Positions 40,382-50,230 of a stretch of DNA of 64,000 nucleotides are shown here, piece after piece. Both the position numbers and the translations under genes were made by a program. This stretch comes from an uncultured Thiotrichaceae bacterium (GTDB lineage Bacteria; Pseudomonadota; Gammaproteobacteria; Thiotrichales; Thiotrichaceae), in the NCBI GenBank assembly GCA_902727985.1, contig CACVAY010000103.1:11086-75085 (forward strand). The letters run 5' to 3'. The notes below the pieces were generated by a model. It made no database searches and was not told the origin of the DNA. It saw nothing but the letters and a program-made list of their open reading frames with translations. Position 1 is the stretch's first letter, and the number at the start of each line of letters is the position of its first letter.

Positions 40382-43300
40382 GAAGATAGTTTTGCCAATG
40401 AGCTGCTGAGCATCTTTAAAGATGAAGCGCACGAAAACTACGAAGCACTGCGGCACAATTTTAAGGAATGGAAAGCCAGCGCTTATTCAGTCGCATTTTT
40501 GATGGAGTTTCGTCGCGCATGTCATACGCTCAAAGGCAGTGGCAGAATGGTTGGTGCTGTTGTACTTGGGGAATTATTTTGGGAGTATGAGAATCTTCTA
40601 AATCAGGTACATGAGGGGAAAATTAAAGTATCTAAGGAGCTGGAGTTAAAACTACAGCGGTTACTTGAATATCTCGATGAACATGAAGATGAGCTACTTT
40701 ATGCGAAGGAGGTGAATACAGCAGTTAGTGAGCTCATTCTTGATGCACAAAAGTTTGCACAAGTTGAAAATAAGACAGTGGATTCGCTTCCTAAAGGTAA
40801 AGAGGTTGTTGAGAAGCTGGTAGAAGAACAAGCTCCAGATCCCGTAGTGTCCATTTTTTTGGAAGAGTTATTGGAGTTATCTGATGTCTTTGAAACAAGC
40901 GTACAAGCTTTACACACGGATGCTCAAGATCATGGCGCTTTGAATGATGCTAAACGACATATGCATACCATCAAAGGCGGTGCACGCATGTCAGGGTTTT
41001 CTGACTTAGGGAATCTTTGTCATGTCACGGAGAGTGTTCTTGAGGAGTTTGAGGAGCGTTCATTCATTGATGAGGAGCTTGTTTTAGCGTGTATTCAAAA
41101 TGTTAGTGATATGTTATTTGTGGTTTCAGATGAGTTGGCACAGGGAAAACCAGAGCCTGATTTTGAACATTTGCTTGTTGATTTGGAAAATGTTTTTGAC
41201 AGCATCGAGCCTCAGAGCCAGCCTGTTCCAGAAGATGATTTCTCTTTAGAAGAGTCTGTTACGCCTCATGTTTTGGAGGCTGCTGAGCTTGAGAGTCAGG
41301 AGGGAGAAAAGGGGCCAGAACAATTTGACGGAACACATCAATTTGCGGCTATAAAAGCAGAAGAGCATGTTCAGGAAGAGAAGCTAATCCTTTCTTCTGG
41401 TTTGAAAAAGCATGAGCCAGAAGCTGATGACCCCATGCGCGAGATCTTTCTTGAAGAGCTGGCTGAATTGTTAGAGGATTTTGAGGGTGTCACACAAACC
41501 TTGGTGAATGCGCCTGATGATGCAGAATCGATTGCCAATGCCGAACGTTATTTACATACCATCAAAGGTGGTTCAAACATGGTCGGATTGCCAGCAATAG
41601 GCGATTTAACCCATGCTGGTGAATCTTTGTTAAATCAATTATCTAATGGTAAGGTTGATAGTAACGAAGCGGTTATTAATTGCTTGCAAGCTGTCAGTGA
41701 CCAATTAACGATGATGTATGAGTCTGCATTAGCAGGGCAAGAACCTGCACCTGCTTGGGATTTGTTAAGAGAGTTGGATGATCTTGGTGCATTGGAAGTT
41801 GCGCTGAATGACACGGCGCAGACTATTGCGCAAGAGGCAGCTGTTGATGATGCCGAACGGGCTGGTACAACAGCACCTAAAGAGGTTGTGGTTGCGGGAA
41901 TTGATTTTACTATTGATCAAGCATCGAGTGATATTGAACGTTTATTAGAAAATGTTACAAAACAGGTTGATATCAAGAAATACCTCCCTAGTGTAGTTGA
42001 GGAGTCTTCCAGCAACCAAGCTGAATCTACTCAATTTAGTTCATCTATCCGTGTGCCTGCTCCTCTCATTAGTAATCTTATTACGACTACCAATGAATGG
42101 GGGCATCAGAATATTCGTTTGAATGAACAATTTGAAGATAATCAGTTAAAAATTAAGGAGCTTAAACGTACAAGTACGCGTTTGCGTGAGCAAATTCGTG
42201 CCTTAGAATTGGAAACCGATTCTATGATTGATGCAGGTGTGGATGTCTCAGGGACTGGGAATGTCTCAGGTTTTCCAATGATTGAGGGAGAGCAGCATTT
42301 TGATCCTTTGGAAATGGATGGGTATTCTGAGTTACATCAACAGTCACGTGCGCTTGCCGAAAGTATGGATGATCTGTTTAGCCTTACTGATGGTTTGGAT
42401 TATGGTCTACGTCAGATGGGAGAGACACAACAAATACAGGAAAGAACGTGTAAAACCCTTCAAGAAGGGTTGATTAGTACCAGAATGACGAAGGTCTCAG
42501 GTTTAGTTTCGCGTTTAAAACGTATTATTCGTCAAGTATCTGCTGAATTAGGCAAGCATGTGGAGCTTGAAGTTGCTGATGAGTCAGCGGAAATGGATAG
42601 AACCATTCTGGAGAAAATTACCTCTTCTATCGAACACCTCATACGGAACTCTTTAGCGCACGGTATTGAAACACCAAAAGTGCGCCGTGCAAGTGGTAAG
42701 GAGCAGGTTGGTAAAATCTTTCTGAACATTGAACGGGATGAGCCGGAAATTGTTATTCGTTTACGCGACGATGGTGCGGGGATCAATGTCAAGAAGCTTA
42801 GAGAAAAAGCGCTTGAAAAAGGCTTAATAACTACAAATGAGCAGTTACGACGCGGTGAGATTTATCAATTGATTTTGCGCTCGGGTGTCTCTACCGCCAA
42901 ATCTATCAGCCAGGTGGCGGGTAGGGGTGTGGGTATGGATGTCGTCAATAATGAGGTTAACGCCTTGGGTGGCAGTATTGTCATAGATTCTGAAGAAGGG
43001 AAGTTTACGGAGTTTGTCTTACGTCTCCCTTATAACTTGGCGACGAATCAAGTGATGCTGGTAGAGGTTGGTGATGAGTTACTAGCCATTGCTGTTGCCA
43101 AATTAAAGGGTATGCAACGTTTTTCTGAAGCGGAAATTCAAAAGGTGTATGACTCTGAGAGCAAGATGCTTACCTATATGGGGGATTCTTACCGACTCAA
43201 TTATCTGGCACAAACTCTGGGAGCAGGAGAGAGAATACCTGCTGAATCTGGGTATACCAAACCCATTATTTTCTTTGATGAAAACAACCAGCGGGTAGCC

Positions 43301-43882
43301 TATGAGGTTGATGAAATTAAAGGTAACCGAGAAGTCATGTTGAAGCCGTTAGGGTCGCTATTCACGGATTCTCCGTTGCTATCATCGGCAACCGTTTTAG
43401 GGGGGGGGCAGATTGTCTTGTTGCTGAACGCTCATGAGTTGATTCGCCTCGGCATCCAGGGTGAGACGTTAGTAAATAAGTATATTGTGACCCAAGATGT
43501 TGTTGAACAACCTATTGTGATGGTTATTGATGACTCAATCACGGTTCGCAAGATAACAGAAAGCCTTTTGGTTTCTCTAGATTATCAGGTTTTGACGGCA
43601 AGTGATGGTGTCAATGCTTTGGAGGTTTTGGGTGAACAATTACCCGATTTAATTTTGCTTGATATTGAAATGCCAAGAATGGATGGCTTTGAATTACTAG
43701 AAACGCTACGGGCAACTCAGGAGTGGAGGTATATTCCTGTCATTATGGTTTCTTCGCGGTCGGGCGCAAAACATCGTGGACATGCTGAAAAATTGGGAGC
43801 CAATGGTTTTATCGGAAAACCATGGGAAGCTAAACAGCTGGAAAAATATATTTCTCAATGTTTACAAGAGGGGGTGAGTTAA
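40304..43882 (+). CDS. chpA: ChpA C-terminal part (-1 frame): 3 Hpt domains, HATPase, CheW, receiver
   Basis: The frame is open from 40262 and the first Hpt helix (ELLSIFKDEA) lies upstream of the ORF-track TTG at 40499. Motifs CHTLKGSG, MHTIKGGA, LHTIKGGS, HLIRNSLAHGIE, DDGAG, GRGVGMDVV and LLDIEMPRMDG. Confidence 0.92.
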   Translation: MTAPEQVGVDSGALNPPQDEKEEITPEDSFANELLSIFKDEAHENYEALRHNFKEWKASAYSVAFLMEFRRACHTLKGSGRMVGAVVLGELFWEYENLLNQVHEGKIKVSKELELKLQRLLEYLDEHEDELLYAKEVNTAVSELILDAQKFAQVENKTVDSLPKGKEVVEKLVEEQAPDPVVSIFLEELLELSDVFETSVQALHTDAQDHGALNDAKRHMHTIKGGARMSGFSDLGNLCHVTESVLEEFEERSFIDEELVLACIQNVSDMLFVVSDELAQGKPEPDFEHLLVDLENVFDSIEPQSQPVPEDDFSLEESVTPHVLEAAELESQEGEKGPEQFDGTHQFAAIKAEEHVQEEKLILSSGLKKHEPEADDPMREIFLEELAELLEDFEGVTQTLVNAPDDAESIANAERYLHTIKGGSNMVGLPAIGDLTHAGESLLNQLSNGKVDSNEAVINCLQAVSDQLTMMYESALAGQEPAPAWDLLRELDDLGALEVALNDTAQTIAQEAAVDDAERAGTTAPKEVVVAGIDFTIDQASSDIERLLENVTKQVDIKKYLPSVVEESSSNQAESTQFSSSIRVPAPLISNLITTTNEWGHQNIRLNEQFEDNQLKIKELKRTSTRLREQIRALELETDSMIDAGVDVSGTGNVSGFPMIEGEQHFDPLEMDGYSELHQQSRALAESMDDLFSLTDGLDYGLRQMGETQQIQERTCKTLQEGLISTRMTKVSGLVSRLKRIIRQVSAELGKHVELEVADESAEMDRTILEKITSSIEHLIRNSLAHGIETPKVRRASGKEQVGKIFLNIERDEPEIVIRLRDDGAGINVKKLREKALEKGLITTNEQLRRGEIYQLILRSGVSTAKSISQVAGRGVGMDVVNNEVNALGGSIVIDSEEGKFTEFVLRLPYNLATNQVMLVEVGDELLAIAVAKLKGMQRFSEAEIQKVYDSESKMLTYMGDSYRLNYLAQTLGAGERIPAESGYTKPIIFFDENNQRVAYEVDEIKGNREVMLKPLGSLFTDSPLLSSATVLGGGQIVLLLNAHELIRLGIQGETLVNKYIVTQDVVEQPIVMVIDDSITVRKITESLLVSLDYQVLTASDGVNALEVLGEQLPDLILLDIEMPRMDGFELLETLRATQEWRYIPVIMVSSRSGAKHRGHAEKLGANGFIGKPWEAKQLEKYISQCLQEGVS

Positions 43883-43883
43883 T

Positions 43884-44330
43884 ATGAGCTTATTAATGGA
43901 TATTCAATGTCATGTTCTGCCGATTGAACAGGGTAATTTGCTTATTCCATCTTCCTTGGTGGTTGATGAAATAGTGGTGGATGTTACTAGTGAAACACAT
44001 GAGTTCTCGTGGAGAAATAGAACCATCAAGTTGGTAAGTTATTCTGAGGTTCGTAAAGCTGCTAGTGAGGCAAAGCAACCTTATCGGGCCGTTGTTCTTC
44101 GCTCCTTGTCTACTGTGAAAGAGTTACCATTTTATGCGTTGGCAATAGAAGGTTTTTCTCATTCGGTGACGGCCAATCAAAATAACTTGGTGCTTAGCGA
44201 TCAGAAAACCTGTGAAATCACGACGTGTGCCGCCAAGATCGGCAGTCTAGTGTGTATGATCCCAGATTTGCCCATGATAGAGCAGAGAGTCCTTAGTTGT
44301 TATTATCAGAGTACATTGGTCTCAGCTTAA
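43884..44330 (+). CDS. chpC: CheW-like protein ChpC
   Basis: Motifs LLIPSS, WRNRTI, FYAL and IPDL; starts 1 nt after the chpA stop. Confidence 0.7.
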   Translation: MSLLMDIQCHVLPIEQGNLLIPSSLVVDEIVVDVTSETHEFSWRNRTIKLVSYSEVRKAASEAKQPYRAVVLRSLSTVKELPFYALAIEGFSHSVTANQNNLVLSDQKTCEITTCAAKIGSLVCMIPDLPMIEQRVLSCYYQSTLVSA

Positions 44331-44350
44331 ACGGGGGTTTTTTCTTTGCG

Positions 44351-46585
44351 TTATTGGCAATTAGTCCACCAGCATTGGTCAGCTTCTTCTTGAAATTGTA
44401 ATGTGGCATCAAACTTTGGTGATTCTGTTCGTGGCTTTCTTAGATGCTCTTTTAAGCCAAAATTACCGAAGCGGTAGTATGACTGTGGCATGGTATAGAG
44501 TGTAAAGAGCGTTGCTCCTTGACCAAATAATCCCTTCCAGGCATTGAGAAGCTGTAGATAGCGGTCTTTCATGCGTGGGTCTCGGTTAGCGGCATTGAAT
44601 AATTGTCTCAACCTTGGTTTGTCACTTTCTGTAATGGCATTCCCGAATATGCCCGTTACTAAGTGTTGTCCACCTTCGTAAGTCACTAATTCGAGGTTGT
44701 AGGCTGCCATTTCATCAAGGTGGTTTGAAATAGTCTGAATGGTACTCTCAAGTGCTTTTACATCAACAGAACCCGGTTGGTCAATGACATCGAAAATATC
44801 ATCAACAGTTGTGGCCTCTAGCAATGTTTTTGGTGCGTCAGGGCAAATGCTTCTCTTTGCACAGCCGAAGAAATAGGGGGCGATTGCAACTGCATCAATG
44901 TCATCAGTAGAGATGTTTTTGAGCATTTCTCGAGTGAGAACTTTATCACCGATGAATGAGCCTAAGACGCGAACCACACGAGCACTATCATTTTCAAAAG
45001 CCTCAGAAAAAAGATTAAAAATCTCTACTGAACGTTGGCTATGATAACGCAATCGGGCAAAATATCTGGTATCTCGATTTGACCCAATATAGTCTGAGGG
45101 TACGTCACCCAGATCAAGTGCTAAGCCCTTGGTTGTTATGTATTCATGGGCCGCGAAGCCCGAGTTCCAAACTTCGTTTGAGTATTCAATATAGACTTTG
45201 ATTGACGTATCAAGTTGGCTGTAAAGGGCTGTTGACAGTTGTGTGACATAGTCATCGCTCGCAACATGGGGTATGTTTATCCAGATATCACGTTTTACGG
45301 TATTGGCAAGAGCAATAATGACTTCTATGGGCACGCCCTTATGCTCGATAGCTGCGGTTTCACCATCATTTCCTCCCCAGAATGCATCATCTAATGTGGC
45401 TCGGTTTTCCCAGGTGCCAGCTTCTGGGGGGCAGTTCTCTGGATCATGACAAAGATCTTTGAGACTGGCTTCCATAAGATTCATCATCCGAATGGTTTTG
45501 AAGTTACGAAGAAACAGCAGGTAATCGGGATTGAAAATGATGGTATTGCGGTCAGCAGATAATTGTTGGGCGAAACTTTCATAGCTGCTCGCTGTTGGGC
45601 AATCAGCTTGTGAATCGACGTATACGAATGGGTTTGAAATGTCGCTTGAATCTGTACAAGTGCCGCCAGGCATTGCAATACGAATATTTTTGATATAGCT
45701 ATCGGGAGTAATATTTTTGATATTCATGTTGATGGCATTGGTTTCAGAAGCCGCAGCCTCATTCGTTTCATCAAAGTCACTGAGCTGAAGGTTGAGAATA
45801 TATTTGTTTTCATTAGGAACTTTTATCGCAGAGCCGACAAGAGGTTCTCCACTAAATTCAAGTAAGCCATTACCCTCATACATGACAGTATATTTACCAT
45901 CTGGTATGGAGTCTCTTAGGTTGCCTTGCAGAAGCTTTGTTTTAATAAACCCAAGATCAGGGTCTAATTCTGTTGGCCAGCCGTTACTATCAAAAAGGGT
46001 ATTCGCATCAACGAGCGTGTTTTCATCATTATATTTTTTGTTAAATTCTTTGAAGGGGCGGGCTGTCCTGAAAATATCAGCAAAAGGCATGGGGTTGCCT
46101 GCCGTGACTGCGCCCGCTTGCGGGGTTTCTGTATTTACTCCCAAAGAAGGTTCAAAGGAGAGTTCTGGCATAAGGCCAGTTGCTTGATAAAGTGTTTTTA
46201 AAACAATGTCAGAGGGAATTGTTGCGCTTGACGTACCACCCTCTGTATTCGTGCTGCTGACGGTAATATCACCATAACTTTGAGCGCTCGTACTGCTGAT
46301 GGTGAAATCGCCGTTTTGGTCGGCAGTTGTTGTCTGTTGGCTACCACTGGGGAAGGTGATCGTAATGGTTGTGCCTGCCTCAGCTCTTCCTTGAACGGAG
46401 ATTAAACCATTTGAATCAGCATTCGTGCTTACTACACTTGGTTCTGTAGGTGTGTTTGGGGTTGTAGGTGTGCTTGGATTTGTGTTAGTACTATCGCCAT
46501 CTCCACTATCACCGTCACTACCTCCACAGGAAGCTAATCCAAGTGATAGCATGAAAACACAGGTATATAGAATTCTCATTAGCAT
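44351..46585 (-). CDS. Lipoprotein with a bacterial Ig-like domain and a putative glycoside-hydrolase-like domain
   Basis: Lipobox LASC, a G/S/D/T/P linker and an Ig-like GRAEAGTTITIT...ADQNGDF segment, followed by IWINIPH, EYSNEVWN and YEGGQH. Confidence 0.75.
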   Translation of the reverse strand: MLMRILYTCVFMLSLGLASCGGSDGDSGDGDSTNTNPSTPTTPNTPTEPSVVSTNADSNGLISVQGRAEAGTTITITFPSGSQQTTTADQNGDFTISSTSAQSYGDITVSSTNTEGGTSSATIPSDIVLKTLYQATGLMPELSFEPSLGVNTETPQAGAVTAGNPMPFADIFRTARPFKEFNKKYNDENTLVDANTLFDSNGWPTELDPDLGFIKTKLLQGNLRDSIPDGKYTVMYEGNGLLEFSGEPLVGSAIKVPNENKYILNLQLSDFDETNEAAASETNAINMNIKNITPDSYIKNIRIAMPGGTCTDSSDISNPFVYVDSQADCPTASSYESFAQQLSADRNTIIFNPDYLLFLRNFKTIRMMNLMEASLKDLCHDPENCPPEAGTWENRATLDDAFWGGNDGETAAIEHKGVPIEVIIALANTVKRDIWINIPHVASDDYVTQLSTALYSQLDTSIKVYIEYSNEVWNSGFAAHEYITTKGLALDLGDVPSDYIGSNRDTRYFARLRYHSQRSVEIFNLFSEAFENDSARVVRVLGSFIGDKVLTREMLKNISTDDIDAVAIAPYFFGCAKRSICPDAPKTLLEATTVDDIFDVIDQPGSVDVKALESTIQTISNHLDEMAAYNLELVTYEGGQHLVTGIFGNAITESDKPRLRQLFNAANRDPRMKDRYLQLLNAWKGLFGQGATLFTLYTMPQSYYRFGNFGLKEHLRKPRTESPKFDATLQFQEEADQCWWTNCQ

Positions 46586-47125
46586 GATATGTCCTTATGC
46601 AACACTCTAAATGTGATGCAATTTAGGCGGGTAAGTTCACTATTTAGAAATAGGTCGATTTTGCCACAGATACTAAATTTTGCTGCTTTCAAGCAAAATA
46701 CAGTCGAACAGTTACCGCGTTTATACTTTTTCAGAAAGCGGTTATGGGTTATTTAAAATAGACGTGTGGGAGTCAAATGAGGTTCATTTTTCCACAAAAG
46801 ACTGATTGAATAACCTTTTAAAGACTGGAATGTATCATGAATGATAAGGTTTTCCTTTTTAATCTGATGAGATTCGCTGTCCATACATTATCAAAAAGGT
46901 AGTCATTCGTTTATAGATTGGCTTAATCATCTTAGGATACCTGCTTATCGCGCTAGGGTATTTATTGAAGGGTATTTATGGGCATATTATTTGGACAGGT
47001 GTATGACTACCATTGTGGAGTTTTGTATTCCACAGTGGAAAAATGAGAAGCGAAAGCAGACAGTCTCCAGTAATGAGGGGACTGCGTCCAAAGCTCTGAG
47101 AGAATAATGCTAGAAGGCTATGTTT

Positions 47126-47554
47126 CTAGGGAGATTGGAAAGCAACATTAGTTTGTGTTCGCTGTGGTGATACGAAGCAGTGTGTACCAGATGCCACTTT
47201 TTGATACTGCCCAGTTTTATTAGTCTGCTGAAAGGTATCGTAGCAAAATGTGTTATTGGCTGAATTCACCACGGTCAATGCTGCAATCTCAAAAGTACCA
47301 TCTTGATTTCTATCGAATACCCGATATAACTTGGATGGGTATTTTCTAATAAATTCGTGGCTGATCTTGGTGAGATTAGTCGGCTTTTCTCCTGTAGCAT
47401 GCACAATAAGCGTGTTTTTTTTGAAATAGATATTGGCTGATGTGTTGACGGTGGGTTGGAATACGCTAAAGCTATTATATTGATTCGCGTGAGATATTGT
47501 TGACAGTGCCAACAATAAAAAAGCGTAATTACCCGCCTGTGTAAGCATCTTCAT
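47126..47554 (-). CDS. Secreted hypothetical protein
   Basis: Signal peptide ending SHA, GGAGG RBS upstream on the minus strand, and a DRNQDG loop. Confidence 0.65.
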   Translation of the reverse strand: MKMLTQAGNYAFLLLALSTISHANQYNSFSVFQPTVNTSANIYFKKNTLIVHATGEKPTNLTKISHEFIRKYPSKLYRVFDRNQDGTFEIAALTVVNSANNTFCYDTFQQTNKTGQYQKVASGTHCFVSPQRTQTNVAFQSP

Positions 47555-47806
47555 TTGAATAACCTCCGTGTATTCAAATTGTTAATGGGTATAACGAAGA
47601 GCGTTTTTATTATAAGGTTCTGAGTGGTTTTTTGTGAGTAGGCAAGAGAGTTATCCATAACATACCTCTAAGACCTTCTTTACATCAGATCATGATCCTT
47701 ACTTCTTCATTCGCATTAGTATAGTCAAAGAATGAGGAAATAAAGCGACTTTATGGTATTTTTTGATACTATCCCTAGTCTATTTCTCAAACAAAATATA
47801 TAAAAA

Positions 47807-49267
47807 ATGAACTACCTTTTTCTGAATAAAGCGAATGCCACTGACATTAAAACGGATTGCCTGATCTTGCCTGTCTTTTCTAATGGAGAGCAGAGTGATG
47901 CATTTAGTGCCGTTAATAGCTCTCTAGATAATCAATTGACCGAGTTATTCACTAATGGTGATATCACGGGAAAGCAGGGAAGTATTGAGATGCTTTATGA
48001 AGCACCGGATGTTGAGGCGAAGCGCATCATGCTGGTGGGGTGTGGTAAGCGTAAGGGGTTTTCATCTACAGTTGCTGGTGAGGTAATGAAGAAAGTGGGT
48101 ACTCGATTGAAGGGTATGAAAGTTGCGACGGCGATGAGCTTGCTAACATCTGGTGTTTTGGATGATAAAGATGCAGTCACACAAAGTGTGCTCGCCTTTG
48201 ATGAATGTTTCTATGATTTTTCGCACTACAAAAGTACTGCAAAAGCAGAAGATGCGAATCGTTTCGAAACTTTAACGGTTGTTGGCGTAATGGCTGAAGG
48301 AGTAGGGGCTCACGCTGTAGGCGTAGCATCAGGGAAACAATTAGCCAAAGATTTGGCCAATCATCCGGGAAATGTTTGTACGCCTTCTTATTTAGCGCAA
48401 ACGGCTAAACAGTTGGCTGAAGATTATGCTGATCTCGAGGTGGATATTTTGGGAGAGGCAGAAATGGATGAGCTGGGTATGGGCGCATTCATGTCAGTGA
48501 GCAAAGGTAGCCGTGAAGAAGGAAAAATGATTAGCATGCGTTACCAAGGTGGTGAAAGTGGTGCACGACCTGTCGTGCTAGTAGGTAAAGGCATTACATT
48601 CGATACCGGAGGGATTTCTCTCAAACCCGGTGCAAACATGGATGAGATGAAGTTTGATATGGGCGGAGCGGCAAGTGTTTTTGGCACAATGAAAGCGATT
48701 GCAGCGATGGGTTTGCCTATTAATGTCATTGGTGTCGTTGCAACGGCTGAGAATATGCCGAGTGGTCACGCTACCAAGCCCGGTGATATTGTTACTGCGA
48801 TGTCGGGGAAAACGATTGAAGTATTGAATACGGATGCAGAAGGCCGTTTGGTGCTGTGTGATGCATTAACCTATGTAAAGAAATATGATCCAGCTGTTGT
48901 CATTGATATTGCTACCTTAACGGGCGCATGCATCATCGCTTTAGGCCACCATATTAGTGGTTTGATTAGCAATGATGATACTTTGGCTGATGATATTCTA
49001 CAGGCGGGAAAGGATTGTCAAGATGAAGCGTGGCGTTTACCTTACAATGACAAATATAAGAAACAGCTTAAAAGTGAATTTGCCGATTTGGGCAATATTG
49101 GCGGACGTGCTGCTGGAACCATTACGGCTGGTTGTTTTCTTTCGGAATTTGCTGAGGAGTATTCATGGGCACACCTTGATATTGCAGGTACAGCATGGAC
49201 AGGTAAAGCGGCAACGGGACGTCCAGTACCCTTATTGACTCAGTTTGTGATGAATCGTTGTGACTAA
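47807..49267 (+). CDS. pepA: Leucyl aminopeptidase (M17)
   Basis: Motifs VGKGITFDTGG, MKFDMGG, NTDAEGRL and HLDIAG. Confidence 0.96.
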   Translation: MNYLFLNKANATDIKTDCLILPVFSNGEQSDAFSAVNSSLDNQLTELFTNGDITGKQGSIEMLYEAPDVEAKRIMLVGCGKRKGFSSTVAGEVMKKVGTRLKGMKVATAMSLLTSGVLDDKDAVTQSVLAFDECFYDFSHYKSTAKAEDANRFETLTVVGVMAEGVGAHAVGVASGKQLAKDLANHPGNVCTPSYLAQTAKQLAEDYADLEVDILGEAEMDELGMGAFMSVSKGSREEGKMISMRYQGGESGARPVVLVGKGITFDTGGISLKPGANMDEMKFDMGGAASVFGTMKAIAAMGLPINVIGVVATAENMPSGHATKPGDIVTAMSGKTIEVLNTDAEGRLVLCDALTYVKKYDPAVVIDIATLTGACIIALGHHISGLISNDDTLADDILQAGKDCQDEAWRLPYNDKYKKQLKSEFADLGNIGGRAAGTITAGCFLSEFAEEYSWAHLDIAGTAWTGKAATGRPVPLLTQFVMNRCD

Positions 49268-49673
49268 AGTCTCGTTTTATGTGGGATCGCAAAGCAACCT
49301 TAAAGATAGGTTGCTATTAGCTTGTAAGCTGACAGAAAAGGCACTCAAGCATGATATGAAGGTCTATATCCATACTGATGGTTATGCCACAACGAAACAG
49401 CTTGATGAGTTGATGTGGACATGGAGTGAATTAAGCTTCATGCCACATGCTGAACCTCCCAATGAGGCACCTGTACTTATTGGGCATGACTTTGAGCCGG
49501 TAGAAAATTGTGGTTACCTGATTAACCTTTCAACAGAGCAGCCTGTTTTTTTTAGCCGCTTTGAACGAATGGCTGAGATTCTCGACCAAACCCCGGAAAT
49601 CTTGGAAATGGGGCGTGATCGTTATCGATTTTATCAAGACAGAGGGTATGAATTGGACTACTATAAATTGTAG
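49260..49673 (+). CDS. holC: DNA polymerase III subunit chi
   Basis: Motifs LDELMW...SFMPH, LINL and GRDRYRFYQDRGY; overlaps the pepA stop (conserved pepA-holC synteny). Confidence 0.93.
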   Translation: MTKVSFYVGSQSNLKDRLLLACKLTEKALKHDMKVYIHTDGYATTKQLDELMWTWSELSFMPHAEPPNEAPVLIGHDFEPVENCGYLINLSTEQPVFFSRFERMAEILDQTPEILEMGRDRYRFYQDRGYELDYYKL

Positions 49674-49846
49674 GATATTTATTATTCGTCGGCTTCTTTA
49701 GCATGACATTGAGAGTAGTAGATTCTGAGAATGACACTAGAATTGAGCCGAACGCGCTTTAGGCTAAGATAAGGTTGTAGATACTAAAAATACAATGTAA
49801 TTACGAATAATCATCATGGAAGAAGATTGTTGAGGGGTATATAACT

Positions 49847-50071
49847 ATGCATTACACATTAGATCGAAAAAATATTGTCATTCCTGTGGTAACTGATGTT
49901 GTTATCCCAGGAGATCAAGCAATGAAAGAAAAGGCTCAGCAAGTGGCGCATAAGGATAGTGCGGTGGTTAATTTGCAGAAGCGAATCGATGAGGTCGAGA
50001 CAGCCATAGGCCAGAAAGAAGAGGTGTCTCATTCTAGAGCGCATGCTATTCGTGCAGAAGAGTCATACTAA
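49847..50071 (+). CDS. Small hypothetical protein
   Basis: GAGGGG RBS; the IPVVTDVVIPG motif resembles small proteins found downstream of holC. Confidence 0.6.
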   Translation: MHYTLDRKNIVIPVVTDVVIPGDQAMKEKAQQVAHKDSAVVNLQKRIDEVETAIGQKEEVSHSRAHAIRAEESY

Positions 50072-50101
50072 TCAATCAATAACATCCGCCAGCCTCTTTA
50101 T

Positions 50102-50230
50102 GGAAACTCTGATCAAGTCTAATTTCTTTGGATTCGGGACTTTAGCTCCGCCCTTCGTATTTTATTTTCAATACGTTAGGTGAAGTTAAAGCCTCGGTTC
50201 CAATATTGTTTGGACTTGATCAGAGCTTTC
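50102..50230. mobile_element. MITE-like 129-bp element
   Basis: Imperfect terminal inverted repeats GGAAACTCTGATCAAGTC / GACTTGATCAGAGCTTTC (13-bp perfect core), flanked by TTAT on both sides, with no ORF. Confidence 0.6.

Noticed and set aside
40499..43882. Independent 1127-aa CheA gene starting at TTG 40499 (ORF-track call)
   Set aside because: The start falls mid-Hpt domain with no clear RBS, and coding similarity continues upstream to the A7 run.
38556..43882. chpA as a decayed pseudogene
   Set aside because: There is only one discontinuity, all catalytic motifs are intact, and the break sits at a domain boundary with a stimulator-like stem. A sequencing error remains the only serious alternative.
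47010..47100. Hairpins resembling a c-di-GMP riboswitch
   Set aside because: The conserved GEMM core could not be matched.
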